Shown here: positions 38,766 through 51,713 of the stretch, in pieces
Layout: the number at the start of each line of letters is the position of its first letter
Numbering within the stretch: the first letter of the stretch is position 1
From: Tubiluchus corallicola
Lineage: Eukaryota > Animalia > Priapulida
DNA: 57,119 bases
NCBI GenBank assembly: GCA_030141605.1
Contig: JAQGDQ010001181.1
Location: 1-57,119, forward strand
Direction: 5' to 3'
The notes under the pieces: model-generated
Told to the model about the DNA's origin: nothing
What the model saw: only the letters and a program-made list of their open reading frames with translations
Database searches by the model: none
Translations under genes and position numbers: made by a program

Positions 38766-39596
38766 TTTTTACATGACAATTTTATTAGGTGGTAACACCA
38801 GTGCTGTATGTAGTTGTCTGAGCAGTGAGCACTGGCACGCATATTAGGGTACATAACCCTTAGTCCACAAAACATTTGACGCCTTCTATTAGACGGAAAA
38901 GGAAGTTTTATATTGAAGCTTCTTTAAATTCTTAAAAACAGAGTGATTTTGTAGCATTTGATTTTGACCAATTAGCAATGAGTGAATGTATTAGTCTAGA
39001 TTGTCAGTCAGTGTGTTGGCGGTGGCGTGTGGTTATTAAGAATTTTTAGTTACGCTTGTTTTTAGTGTGAATCTGGTTTATAATTGCATATTAGTTAATT
39101 GTTGGGAAACTAAAAAAAGTTGAATTAAAGGGAAACACCTCACAAATGAAAAAGTCCCACCTTTTCATATTTGCCTACAAGCTGCTACTGTGATAAGAGC
39201 CTGGTCACCAATAATAACAGTGCCTCACTGGCTCATGGGCCTCTGTATAGAGAATCCAGTTAAGCCCTGAATTTCAGTCAAGCATGGTGATTGAATGCTC
39301 ACTGATTACCTCTTGCCTTTTAGCTGTAACTTTTGCTAGGTAAAGTTTTACTAACTGATTGCAAGTAAGTTATTAATTTAATGATTTATTTTGAGACAGA
39401 CTTGTTACTGGTGCACAACGTAGTAATCTTTACTTTGTCTTGACTCAGGTTACCGACATGTACTCCATACCACAGGTGAAAATATCGTGAAGAAAGGACA
39501 GTAAAAGACCAAAAATATGGCCGTGTTCTCACCTGCCCTAAATCAGTGTACATTTAATCTGTAACTAATCTCAATAATTATATCTATAACAATATA

Positions 39597-39880
39597 ATGC
39601 GTATGTGCATGTGTTTGAATGCATATGTGTATGTGTTTGAATGTGTATATGTTTGGATGTGTATGTGTATGTGTTTGAATGTGTATGTGTGGGCATTGTT
39701 ATTGGTTTTATCAGAGGATTCTTACTTTTTCTTCACGTTATTCGCTCCACTTCTCTTCTTGCAGTTTTGAAAATGGACATGGACATAGACAATTTTATTT
39801 TTCTCCCCAAAATTCACATTGCACAGGGTAAAAGCAAAAATTAATTACGTATAATAACATAATCCGAGAACTGTATAACT
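39597..39880 (+). repeat. Diverged third copy of the arm inner-end sequence
   Basis: Direct repeat of about 40960-41232; ORF 39641..39844 is a variant of 40985..41194. Confidence 0.95.
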
Positions 39881-39889
39881 TAAGTTAAC

Positions 39890-40270
39890 TTAAATTAGCC
39901 GCATTTACGACTTCATATGGCAAAGAATTCCACACATTTATAACTGGATAAGCAAAACCGTGTAGACGTACATTGAATCGAACTTGAGGCTTTCTAGGCA
40001 ATATCTACACAGGCATCTAATTATTATAGATCTTATCCTGGCTCGGTATTTAGACTATTTGGTAGCTTTCAGCAATTCAGTTTCACTGTTTACCGTGGCC
40101 ATGTTTACTGATCTATCTAGATTTTAAGTAACGCTTCATGTCCGAATAATTGATCCCAGAGATGGAATCCTGGATCATCATAACAATGTTAGCTTTATAG
40201 GTCTGGCATGCGCTGATCAAACCTGCCAATGTGGTGTGCTAATAGTTTAGTATGTATTGGCTTTCACTGG
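39890..40270 (-). mobile_element. Degenerate CR1 LINE 3' fragment
   Basis: Minus strand of about 39895-40000 reads KPQVRFNVRLHGFAYPVINVWNSLPYEVVNAAN. Confidence 0.7.
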
Positions 40271-40304
40271 TGCGTGCTATTGTATTTCGTCATATCGCAC
40301 ATTG

Positions 40305-41041
40305 GAATGTGTATGTGTTTGAATGCGTATGTGTATGTGTTTGAATGCGCATGTATAGGTGTTTGAATGCATGTGTGTATGTGTTTGAATGCTGTGTGTG
40401 TATGTGTTTGAATGCGTGTGTGTATGTGTTTGAATGCTGTGTGTGTGTATGTGTTTGAATGCGTATGTGTATGTGTTTGAATGCGTATGTGTATGTGTTT
40501 GAATGCGTACTAGTATGTGTTTGAATGCTGTGTGTATGTGTTTGAATGCGTGTGTGTATGTGTTTGAATGCTGTGTGTATGTGGTTGAATGCGCATGTAT
40601 AGGTGTTTGAATGCGTGTGTGTATGTGTTTGAATGCTGTGTGTGTATGTGTTTGCATGCGTGTGTGTATGTGTTTGAATGCGTATGTGTATGTGTTTGAA
40701 TGCGTACTAGTATGTGTTTGAATGCTGTGTGTATGTGTTTGAATGCGTGTGTATGTGTTCGAATGTGTATGTATATGTGTTTGAATGTGTATGTGTGTGA
40801 ATGCATATGTCTATGTGTTTGAATGTGTATGTGTTTGAATGCGTATGTGTATGTGTTTGGATGCGTATGTCTATGTGTTTTTATGCGTTTGTATGTGTTT
40901 GGATACGTATGTGTTTGTATGCGTGTGTGTGTGTGTGTGCGTGGGTGCATGTGTGCGTGTGTGTTTGAATGTGTATGTGTTTGAATGCATATGTGTATGT
41001 GTTTGAATGTGTATATGTTTGGATGTGTATGTGTATGTGTG
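40305..41041. repeat. Satellite (tgtgtatgtgtttgaatg) at the inner end of the right arm
   Basis: Reverse complement of 38160-38765 plus ~130 extra bp. Confidence 0.95.
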
Positions 41042-44000
41042 GGCATTGCTATCGGTTTTCGCAGAGGATTCTTACCTTTTCTTCACGTTATTCGCTCCAC
41101 TTCTCTTCTTGCAGTTTTGGGCATGAACATGGACATAGACAATTTTATTTTTCTCCTCAAAATTCACATTGCACAGGGTGAAAGCAAAAATTAATTACAT
41201 ATATTATTATAAAATTCGAGAGCTGTATAAGTGCGAAGAAGTCAGAAGATGAATTACAGGGGGTGTAGGAGGAGAAAGGGTAGGAGAGAGGGACCAATTT
41301 GTCATCAAGTCAGCTAACCAATCTATGATTAAATTAATGAAAAGAAGCTGCTGACGCAAAGGCATTGTTATGACGTCATCCATTGTATTCTGTCTGTAAC
41401 CTTATAACTTCAATTCAGTAAAAGCTGCTACAGGCTTTGCGTTAGTTAAACAAACAGTAGGCAGGATGTTACGGGCTTTGTGTTATAAATGAGGACTTGG
41501 TAGGATGTTTGCGTATTATTGATTATACGTGTGTTTATACGCAAAATTTTTTGCGGGGCATTTGCTAGTTATATATTATTTTGGGAATGAAGTCTTAGTA
41601 AATTGAGTAGCAGGTGAATGTTGTGGGTTAGAAATCGGAAAAAATGTCTAAATTAGCAAAATTTACAGTAGCCCACGATACGATGTTGTATAATTATCCG
41701 TGTTTTCATAAATGAACGAAAATTATATGGCTTCGTAAATTAGGCATTCGCAATTTCTTCTGTTCCAATTACTAATGTGGTTTCTATTCTAATTACAGTT
41801 CCAATATCTCAGCAACAATAACATGCTTTCGATAATTACTGTTCCATAATTTTGCAAGAAATTTGTAAGCTACTTGTTGCTCTTATTCTACGGGGAGTTT
41901 GAGAAAACATAAATTTGCATGTGAAAGTTTTGTCACTGCCAAATGTTGGGTTATTTTAAGGTCACAGAGGTCATTCAAGATTTGATGGAGTGGGAAATTA
42001 CAATGTGACAAATTGCAGTACATAAAACGTGAAATTAAGTTGACTTGAAGTTTGACATGCATTAGGGATGACTTCCAGCTCTTTGCAACCTGGGAAAATG
42101 TTTCTAAAGTTATTTTACGAAATATGTATGTTAAGGATTAGAATTTATTGCTAGATTTACCATGAGCATACAATGAGCAATTTTTACAAAAAGCATTAAA
42201 TTAACGCAAATTTTATAAAGGAAAAAACAGTAATATACGTATAATTTTTATTGTGACTACTGGTATGCCTCTGGACAACACCAGGAAGAAAATCTTGTGT
42301 TGGTGCTGCCCAGATTAATGGTAAATTTGAAATTTAAGAAACAAATCAGAAGTGCATTAAATGATCTCTTTCACAATCTCAGTCACTCACTCTCACACTC
42401 ACTCACACACACACACACACACACAAACACACACGCATGCACGTGCACACACACACACACACACGCACGCATGCACGCACGCACACACACACACACAAAC
42501 ACGCGTGCACACACACACACACACTTGCTCACACACATGCACACTCATGCATATGCACACACACACACACACACACACACGTGCACCCACACACACACAC
42601 ACACACACACACTCGCTCACACACATGCACACTCACATGCATATGCACATGCACACACGCACACACACACATGCACACACACACACACACACACATACAC
42701 ACACACGCACAAACACACACACACACACGCACACACACCTAAAAAGTGTAGTAAAGTAAACAGTGTAGCATTTTTGATTTGAATAACTGAACAGGTATTG
42801 CATCTCTTAGAATCCTTATCATCTATCGAATAGTTTTTTATAGCTATCAACATCCATTCTATTCAATTAGCAGATCTTTACCTCAATTAGCAGAATTTGT
42901 CTCTGTGAGTAAGCACGATCACTGTAGCTAACAATTGAACAGACTTTTGCAATACAAAAACCCTTTGATAACAGATCCGAATATAAGTGAATATAGTTGT
43001 GAATACATTTTAATCTGATTTACATACAGGTGGTATCCTATTTAGTGAAATATACATACAGATGTAATCTATATTTACAGGTGATCTTCATAAAAGATTA
43101 TACTGTTGTCCAAACTACACACCTTTTTGTAGACTGATGAATTTCTAACGAATTCCCGCATGCAAAAGTTGAGAATATTCACACATGCTTAAGGTGAAAA
43201 GAAAATTGGTTTTGCGCCCAATCAATCACAATTTTAATCCGACTTGAAAGGCTAGTCAGTTTTTTCAAGTTGTTGATTTTAAAATAAATACGTCTATTAT
43301 TCAATTCAAGTTTATAAACGTCTAATGCGGATTATGCACGTAACAGAAGTTACAGAACCTGTTTGCCTTTGTGTGATGGGAAATGGAGCGGTTACAAGAG
43401 GGATTTCATTATTATTTCCACTGTTGCTTTTTCCTGGATATGGTGGTTACTTACACAGCAGGGTTCGGTGAGACGTCACCTAAGGCTGGGTTCACTGTTG
43501 CTCTGAGATTTTGAGTTAACGCTCTGAGCAGCATTAATTAGCTTGAAGATGAAATAAGAGGTTTAGTGGTTTGTTAAGCAGAAGGTGGTAAAAGACTTGG
43601 GATAATTATGACAAAATTTTGAAATACTGTAGATGATAATGCTGAGTTGCTTAAAAAGGATAGTTTTATTTTAATTATTACCATGTGCCACTAAAGAAGC
43701 TGCCTGTTGTTTTTTGTCAATTAGATTTTTTCTGCAATAATAATGATGATGATGATGATAATAATAATAATAATACTAATAAAATAATAATAATAATGGC
43801 TAATAACTTTTATTTAAACTCTGTTTTAAGTTCATCAGGCAACACAAGCCTGCCATGAGGCTTTTGTTGCTGACTGTAAATACCAAACCACACCTACGTA
43901 ACAGAGATTATTAGTTTCCCCACTTTTACCCTAAATACCACCCGTCAGACAGGGCAACAGCAGGTACCATTTTTAAAGTCTTTAGTATGATTAGATTGCA

Positions 44001-45262
44001 GTATCGAACTCATTATCTCCCAGATGGAAAGCGGGTGCGTTGCCACCAGAGTGACTAGACTGTACCATCTGGTGAAATGGAATTAGTTGTTTAAATCCAC
44101 AGAAGGACTGAAGCACCTCTAATCTGAAGAAACTGACTGGGATGACATGGCTCTAATAATGCCTGTATAGTGCTAATCAAGCGAAAAACAGTGTATAAAC
44201 TTAGTATCATATCTTGACCAGTTGACATTGAGGAAAGCAATGACGCTCAGACACTGGCTGGCTGACTGACTGACTCACTGAGAAACTGCATAGGCCCAGT
44301 GTGTACAAAAGGTTTTGTCCAGAAACATATACTGAGGAAAGCAATGACATTGACCGACTGACTGACTGACCAGTGAAAAACTGCTTAGGCCTATTGTGCG
44401 CAGAGGATCTTTGCCATTCATGCTTCTGTTAACAAGAAAGGACCAATAGGCTGACCAGTGAGAAACTATTAAACCTAATATGTATAAAAGGCATCCAGTC
44501 TCATGGTACAAGAAACTGAAGAAAGCAGATGCTAGTGAATGGTTGACATTAACTAATTAGTTCCCCCATTGGCAATTGTTATCTGCGTTGACACGTGTTA
44601 ATTAATTTTACCTATGGCAATAGCTGTCTGCATATTTACTTCCGCTCCTTTGTTGACATGTTCCTAATAACATTTACACAACGTAATTCGTTCTGCATGG
44701 AAAATAATTGGTGCTTTTTTCGGACTTGACAGGGTCTTTTGCGGACAACTTTGTGAAACTTCAAGTTGTTTGTGCGATAAGCTAGAACCAACATAGATCT
44801 CACTTCATTCGGGTGAACCATCTAGTTCATTCATCACTTTTCAACATTCACCATCAAGTTTTCACCATTTGGCAATTTCAAAAGTCATCCGAGAGACGAC
44901 CACGTATAGTTTGTTACCATCTTGGTCTTTATGTATTTGCTAAAAGGCCTATGTGATTCCAACAGACATTGATGTTTTTTGACACCTTATGATTTCCCAA
45001 AGAATTCATAGTCATTATTAAACAAAATAAACTTATAAATTAAATAACTTACCTTTTTCTGGTGAATCTCGAACACGTGCATTGCCGAAAAGATCGCCAA
45101 TTGTTCGTGTCTTCGGCGCGAGTAGAGAAAGCGTCTTTGGTTACCGATGTTTGTTTACTGATCTTTGGTGACCTCGTGACTGCACTTATTACGTCATTCG
45201 TCTGGAGCATGGAAAAATGGCGGTTCTTGAGATTTAATACCGCTAAGAACGAAGTGATAAAA

Positions 45263-45436
45263 GTGAACGGTGATTGGAACGGAAGTGGTACTGACAAGCC
45301 ACTGGCATAGCAGTGTCTAGTTTTTTTTTGCTGGATTACTGCTGCGTTTACCTGTCTGAAGGCAGATTGCTTTTATTTTAGAATTCTGCCTGCCCAATGT
45401 CTACAATAGACGTGACGGGCGTATGATGATGATGAT
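45263..45436 (+). mobile_element. Right-arm-specific 5'-truncated retroposon with (GAT)n tail
   Basis: 12-bp TSD gaagtgataaaa at 45251-45262 and 45437-45448; absent from the left arm. Confidence 0.88.
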
Positions 45437-46302
45437 GAAGTGATAAAAAAGTCGAAGAAACAAGTTTTACAGTAAGTTTATAATGGAATTAATTGAATAT
45501 TCGTAATGAGAGTAGGACTTTAGGTGATAAAAGCTTGTATTATAATGAGAGTTTAGTTCGACTTTAAGGCTTAATTGAATAAAATAAAGTCCCTTTTGAC
45601 CACAATCAATCTTGTTAGCATTGTTTGCCTTGTTTTCAGTCCCTTTTGACTACAATCAATCTTGTTAGCATTGTTTGCCTTGTTTTCAGTCCCTTTTGAC
45701 TACAATCAATATTGTTAGCATTGTTTGCCTTGTTTTGAAATCATAGTAGCCAGAGAAACACACCCAAATACAGGATTCAACTGCATATTGATTTTTGCGC
45801 ATTCTTCAAGACGCCTCGCTCGGCAGTACGGCTCCTGTTATTAGTCTTTGCCTTATTACCGTTCATAACTAAGCCCCGCCGCTACTGTATTGATCATTCT
45901 AGTGTTTTGACAAAGCTGTTTTTGTTGGTTTGGTCGGAAATACAAACCAAAGATTTTGCCCACTCAAGTGGTATCTGTTACAGCGAAGCACCGTCGAACT
46001 AAAATCTAGGTTAATAAGGAGATCAGCTGCCACACGAAACTCTTTCAGTGATGGCTACCGTGATTTAGCCAGGTAATCTGTTTAAATTGAATCGTAAGAG
46101 AGCAGGACTTTGTAAATAGTTTGTCGTAAGGTTATTGGTATTCAAACAAGCTCGGTGGGCGCACACTCCAATATCTGAAGATAGAAATTTGTCTATGCCA
46201 TTCATAAAACGCCTTAAAATCTCTTATGTTATAAATAATATAGATAACATTGTGTCTGTTGTGTATCGACTTCTAACTCTTATTAGAAATGTTAGCCATT
46301 AG

Positions 46303-46658
46303 CAGGGCCTATTTCATGGGGGGGGGGGGGGGGGTAAGTGGGGAGACATCCCCGGGGCGTCACCCTCCAGGGGGGCCTCTCGCCAATGTAACATTTTTTG
46401 CTTTATGTGAACATACTGCCTCCTCTCTCTCTCTCTTGCCGCACGCGCGCTGTTTGCCAGTATTGACAAGTATTAAGGACTGGTCTTGAGAATAAAGCAG
46501 TTTTTCTTTCAATTGTTTTTTCCTTTAACAACTGTATACCTCCATATTTTCTCTTCGAAAATGCTTCTCCGGCGTTGTAGCAGTTCGAAAATTCAAAACC
46601 CGAGGGGGCCTCACACGCCCCACTTCCCCGGGCCTAGCTTAGGCTGAAATAGGTCCTG
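46303..46658 (+). mobile_element. hAT-like MITE (mirror of 32564-32919)
   Basis: Same TIRs; TSD gccattag. Confidence 0.92.
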
Positions 46659-46822
46659 GCCATTAGTAAACTTCCACCAAGGTAGACATGGAGCTAAGAG
46701 GTAATTTGCTATTAATGATATTTGCCCGGTAAATGGAGTCTACTGTAAGAGATTTCCAAAGACTGCTGACCCATTGTCCTGGCTTCTGAGACCCACAGAA
46801 TACCGAGATTTGTCAGCTTTTT

Positions 46823-46967
46823 TAGAAAAGTTATAAATGACAAAATGGCAGTTTTTGTTGTTTGTCTTCGCGAACTTCTAATATCAGTCTTGCATTTTCA
46901 TGTTAGTCTATGCTAGACAGGACGAGTGTAAGGAGTCAGAAATGGGTCCTGACTCAGGGCTCACCGT
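46823..46967 (+). promoter_or_regulatory. Mirror copy of the candidate PHLDB promoter/first exon
   Basis: ATG at 46910, donor gtaagt at 46968; matches the left-arm copy. Confidence 0.33.
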
Positions 46968-48023
46968 GTAAGTGTTGTAAACTTGGGCCCCAGGACCACA
47001 CTGCCGGTTTCCGTACTTGTCGGTACTTTTCGCGCGCAAGTACAGCATGCTAGCGCAAATATGGCCTTTTATTCGCTAAATAAATAAATGGAAATACGCG
47101 GCGGGGTTTTTGTTAGCTGTTTTTTTACAAGCCTAGTCAGTTTGCAGTGTACAAACAGCTGTAGTCTGTAGCCGACTGAATGAAGAACAGTGATTTCAAA
47201 ATTCGCAACGAAAGATCAACTTTGAGAGGGATCGTCTTTAATTATCCTTCATAGATTGAATGGCAGAAAGCAGATTTTAATGATTTTCGTCTGCGCTTTT
47301 GTTCGATTGCTTTTAATTGCGCATTTCTCGACTTCGCGCGGTATCGTGTGTCTACGTGTTGAATGACGTAATCAATAACCCCATCCCTAATCTTGTTAGA
47401 CTGAAGTTTGTAACTGGAGATGTTGGAAAAACCGTTTTTTTCCTGTTTCGGGCGATTTTTGATCTTCTGATGCAACTGTGCTGTCAGTCAGGTTGCAAAG
47501 AGGCTGCAGTCTTTCATATTTGCAGTGTTTGTCTGTTCATTTTTGTTTGTTTGCCGAACATTTTTGTGGATTAGGGGCTGAAAAGCCTTCAGGAAGGTTA
47601 CCGCTCTTGCCACTGGAATGTCACTTATTACTGATTACTAAGCCATGGTTAAACAATGACACCTGTTGTTTTCTCGTGCTTTCTGTGTGTAATAGTCATA
47701 AATGTGCCTTGTACTGTGAGTGTCAGGGCCTTGTCAAAGTTCATGGTTGTGGCGGGACTGGATCCTGACTAATTATCAATGTTTTGTCCCCAACGTTGAG
47801 ACAGTGCACCAGCAGAGGTGTTAAAGTTATGTTCGTGTGTAAGTGTGTCTTCTCGCTATGAGTTAAACAACTAGAATCACTGTGGCAAGTATCACACTGA
47901 CAGCTACCCATCCATTGACTGATTAGCTTCAGCGCTGCCTAAATTCAGTTGTTATGTTTTTCCCTCATAGTATAACATTTACATTAACATAGTGTGCGTT
48001 TTCATACTGGTCATCAACATTAT

Positions 48024-48054
<31 letters not shown>

Positions 48055-51000
48055 GTCGTCGTCATTACTATTAAAGACATTGCAGGTTTTTTATATTGTT
48101 TTCATCACTTTCATCAACATTATCGTCATTATCATCGTCATGATCGCCACTACTGTTAAAGACATTGGAGGTTTTTCATATTGGTTTTCACTAATATTGT
48201 CAACATTATCGTCATCATCAACATCGTCGTCATCGTCGTTATTGCTATTAAGGACACTGGAGGTTTTTCATATTGTTTTCATCACTACCATCAACATTAT
48301 CATCGTCGTCATCGTCGTTATTATTAAAGGCAGCCTTCCAACTCGCAAATCTTGAACTGATTCAGACGAGCACGCATTCTTATTTGCTTCCTACATTGTT
48401 TTATAGCAAATGTTTTTCTACTTCAAGATGTCCTTGTCTGTAATGCAATTAACTCGTGAACTTGTCATAATGCTAAATACAAAGCAACCTGTTTATTGTG
48501 TTTTCAAGTACAAGGAACCAGTAGTTATGACGATGTTTAGTTAGAGACTTAAGGGAACTCTCTGATAAGTTCGCGTAAACATTACTGAGCCCTCGGAAGA
48601 GAGCTTGTTTATTTGCCTGATTTCAATTTTACAAGATGCGGTCGCTCAAATTACCCCTTTGCATGCCTTCGTGAGAACTGGAACTTCGGCAGCGGTCAGT
48701 AGCACATGTTTCAAATGTCCGGCCACTCGTGTGCATGTTGTAAATCAAGTTTGGTATTTGACCGACGGTCATCTGGCATTTGAGCGTGGGTCGTTTTAAA
48801 ACGATTATAATCGCGGGCAGAGGAATTTCTCTTGCAGTCGAGTGTTTAGGCTGCTTTGCTGGTAGCTGTACACAGCTAATGGCGTTCTTAAATAGATAGT
48901 TTTATCTACTGTATTCTAATTACTTTCTTTTTCTTTTTCGACAGTAATCTTAATAAAACGTGACTAAGCTCAACAGGTTACTGAACATATTATAATCATG
49001 ATCACAGTTTTTCTTAGTTCTCGCTCCATTTCATCTTTCATTCACTACTCCCCCCCACTTTTATGTATATATTATTATTATTTCAATTATTAATCACTTC
49101 TTTAAGATTTCCACATGCAGTTTGGCCTGTCAAGCTATGCTTTTAGGCTCAAACTGTGTGCATCAAAATTATTCCGTAATGTAATTTGCACATGCATGTG
49201 CTGCATAAGAATCTCTTTTGTAATTTCTGGATAATATTGCATTTATATTTATATTTACTTCAGTGAAATTATCTGTATTTTTATTATAGCTGTTAGATGC
49301 AGAGTGGAAATAAATAAACTTATAACTTATAAGTAAACTACGTCATTTTAACTGGAAATGTCTTCTCTGGGGTTTTGTGGAGAATACACTTTTCCTGGTT
49401 GCTCCAAGAAATTTTGTTAGACAGTTGTTTAGCCTCAGCTTAGCACTTGTCAAAGAGAATTTCGTCTGGTTGACCGCGCCCTTTGACACGTAGATTTTGC
49501 CTGGCTACAGCCTGGATTAAGTGCATTTGTCAGCACCGTTTGGTTGACAACACCCTTTAAAGCTTCTAGGAGTTGACTCTTCACAGCTGCAATTGTTAGA
49601 GAAACATGGTTGACAAATTGCTTTGAGTTTTTTCGTCTGTCGTCCAGAGTCTAGCTAGCTCAACAGCTGCAATGAATTGTTGTCAAAGTTTTTCTTACAG
49701 TGCAATGATTCTGAAACTGGAGCAGTTGTCGCCTCCGTGGAGGGGGGGAGGGGGTGTTTTGAGGGGGGTTCAAGGACAAGAAAAGGAGCACCTGAAGTAG
49801 GTTTCAGAAAAATCGCCTTAAAAAAATTGTACTACTTTACAGCAATTTTTATACACATATCGTATTCGCGTTGAAAGGAATTTTTGTTTGTTTTGATTTT
49901 AAATCTCCCGCAATACTGTTCCGACGGCGCCATTACATGACGTCACTACGTCACGTAAATCAGAGGAAGAAAAGGCAATGTTAAATTATGACCCAAAAAA
50001 CTTTCCGTGCAAATCTATATTACTTAACATTTCGCTTACCTGCTGGAAAGACTTATGTAACTAGACTAGTAATTTAAAATATTTGTGCCAGTTGGTAACT
50101 CACTAACCAAAAACGTATTTTAATCTTATTGACAAGATACAGTAATTTAAAATTTTACTTAATTAGCAACATGTATGCTACGAATGCTCTGATTATTTTT
50201 TCAAACTTTACTCAATGTTATCAAAACTTGTTTCAAACGACATACCATTAAAATGGCTGCGCCTAACGGTCATCGCGGGAGTTTAAATTTACACGTTTTA
50301 TACAGCGTTTCGGCCGATGCAAACCCTGCATACGAAAAGGTTGTATGTAAGTGGCATAAAATTTGGAGACGAATTTTTTAAGCTTTAAGTAAGTGGAGGG
50401 TTTTCTTGTGGTTTAAGTGTAAAAGGATGTTTTTTCCCCGCGCGGGGAGTAAGGAGGAATTTCAATTAGAAGAGGAACTCTAAACTGTTAAAAAAGGAAC
50501 TTTTAATCACGCAGTGTGGCTCGATGTATATAGCAAATGAATTAGCAGTGTTTAAAAGTTAGTTTCTTCATGCAGTCCAAAGTGAGTATGAATTTTAAAA
50601 CTCATAGTGAAGTTTCTCCTGTGAGCTTTTCCGTACTGTCCTCTTTTTAGTAAAGCGCTTTTTCTTTTTCCAAGAACACATTTGGGTGTTGAATAAAAAT
50701 GTGAGTTTTGTGAAAGAATCTCTTATTTCTTCTTTGGAATAAAAAACGAAATTTATTTCACATATTTTTAATAATTAGTGAAAGTATAATGGCGAACGAG
50801 TTATTAGAGGCAATTTCAATGGAGGCGTTAAAGCACAAGAAACACTCTTCTCGAGTAAGGTTAAAAAATTAGTCCCGAAACTTTGTATGATCTATTTAGT
50901 GTCTTATTGCATTTAGGGCGTGCGTTGGCAGCATTGCTGTATAAAAAATGTAAATTTAAGTTGATGCGATGACAGTTAAGTGCAGTCATTTCAACCGTAA

Positions 51001-51255
51001 AAGTCGTTTAAAACAAGTTTAGATAACAATGCATAAGTTTGAAAAAAATCAGAGCATTCGTGGCACACTTTCCACTAACTAAACAAAAGTACAAATTACT
51101 TCATACAGTAAGTAAGATCAATAATGTGTTTTTTGGTGAATCAGTGGTGCACACTGGGATGGCAGTAGAGTGACGTTTTTCAGGTGACGCGAGTTTTATT
51201 GAGAATTTGCTTTTCCAATTGCATAAGTTTTTGAACCAGGTAAACGTAATATTAA

Positions 51256-51713
51256 CCCTTTCATACCCGTTGTATCCCGTGGGATACGAGAATATTCTCT
51301 GCCCTTAAAATTAATAAAATTTTAAAACTGACAGTTATTTGATCTGCTAATAGTTATTTTGATTTAAGCCAATAACAATAGACTAAAAATGGTGATAAAA
51401 TACCAAACTAGAAAATCTACATAGCATAAAAAACTGCGCAAGGTACAGTACTTTAGAGACGACTCTGTACAGATCAGCATGCGTGCATACTAAATGTCTT
51501 AAATACCTTAAAAAATTATCAGCAGTTGCAAAATGAAGCACATTTTATGCTTCCATTGAATCCCAATGTATCCCGTGGGATACAGGCTATATTTAGCACG
51601 CTGGCACACGTAGAAAAAATAATTATTACGTGTAAACAAGATGGACATACTGAACAAAAGTGCCAAGCCAAACAATTTCTTCTTATTAAAAAAATAATTT
51701 GGGACTGAAAGGG
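51256..51713. mobile_element. piggyBac-like MITE (mirror of 27495-27952)
   Basis: TTAA|ccctttcataccc ... gggactgaaaggg|TTAA. Confidence 0.9.

Larger units (their letters stand above)
38766..40435. other. Spacer of the giant inverted repeat
   Basis: Arm match stops at ...cacacagc (38765) and gctgtgtg... (40436). Confidence 0.9.

Noticed and set aside
38155-42853. Long His/Thr- or Cys/Val-rich ORFs (up to 178 aa)
   Set aside because: Translations of CA/TG satellites; open in several frames; no splice or homology support
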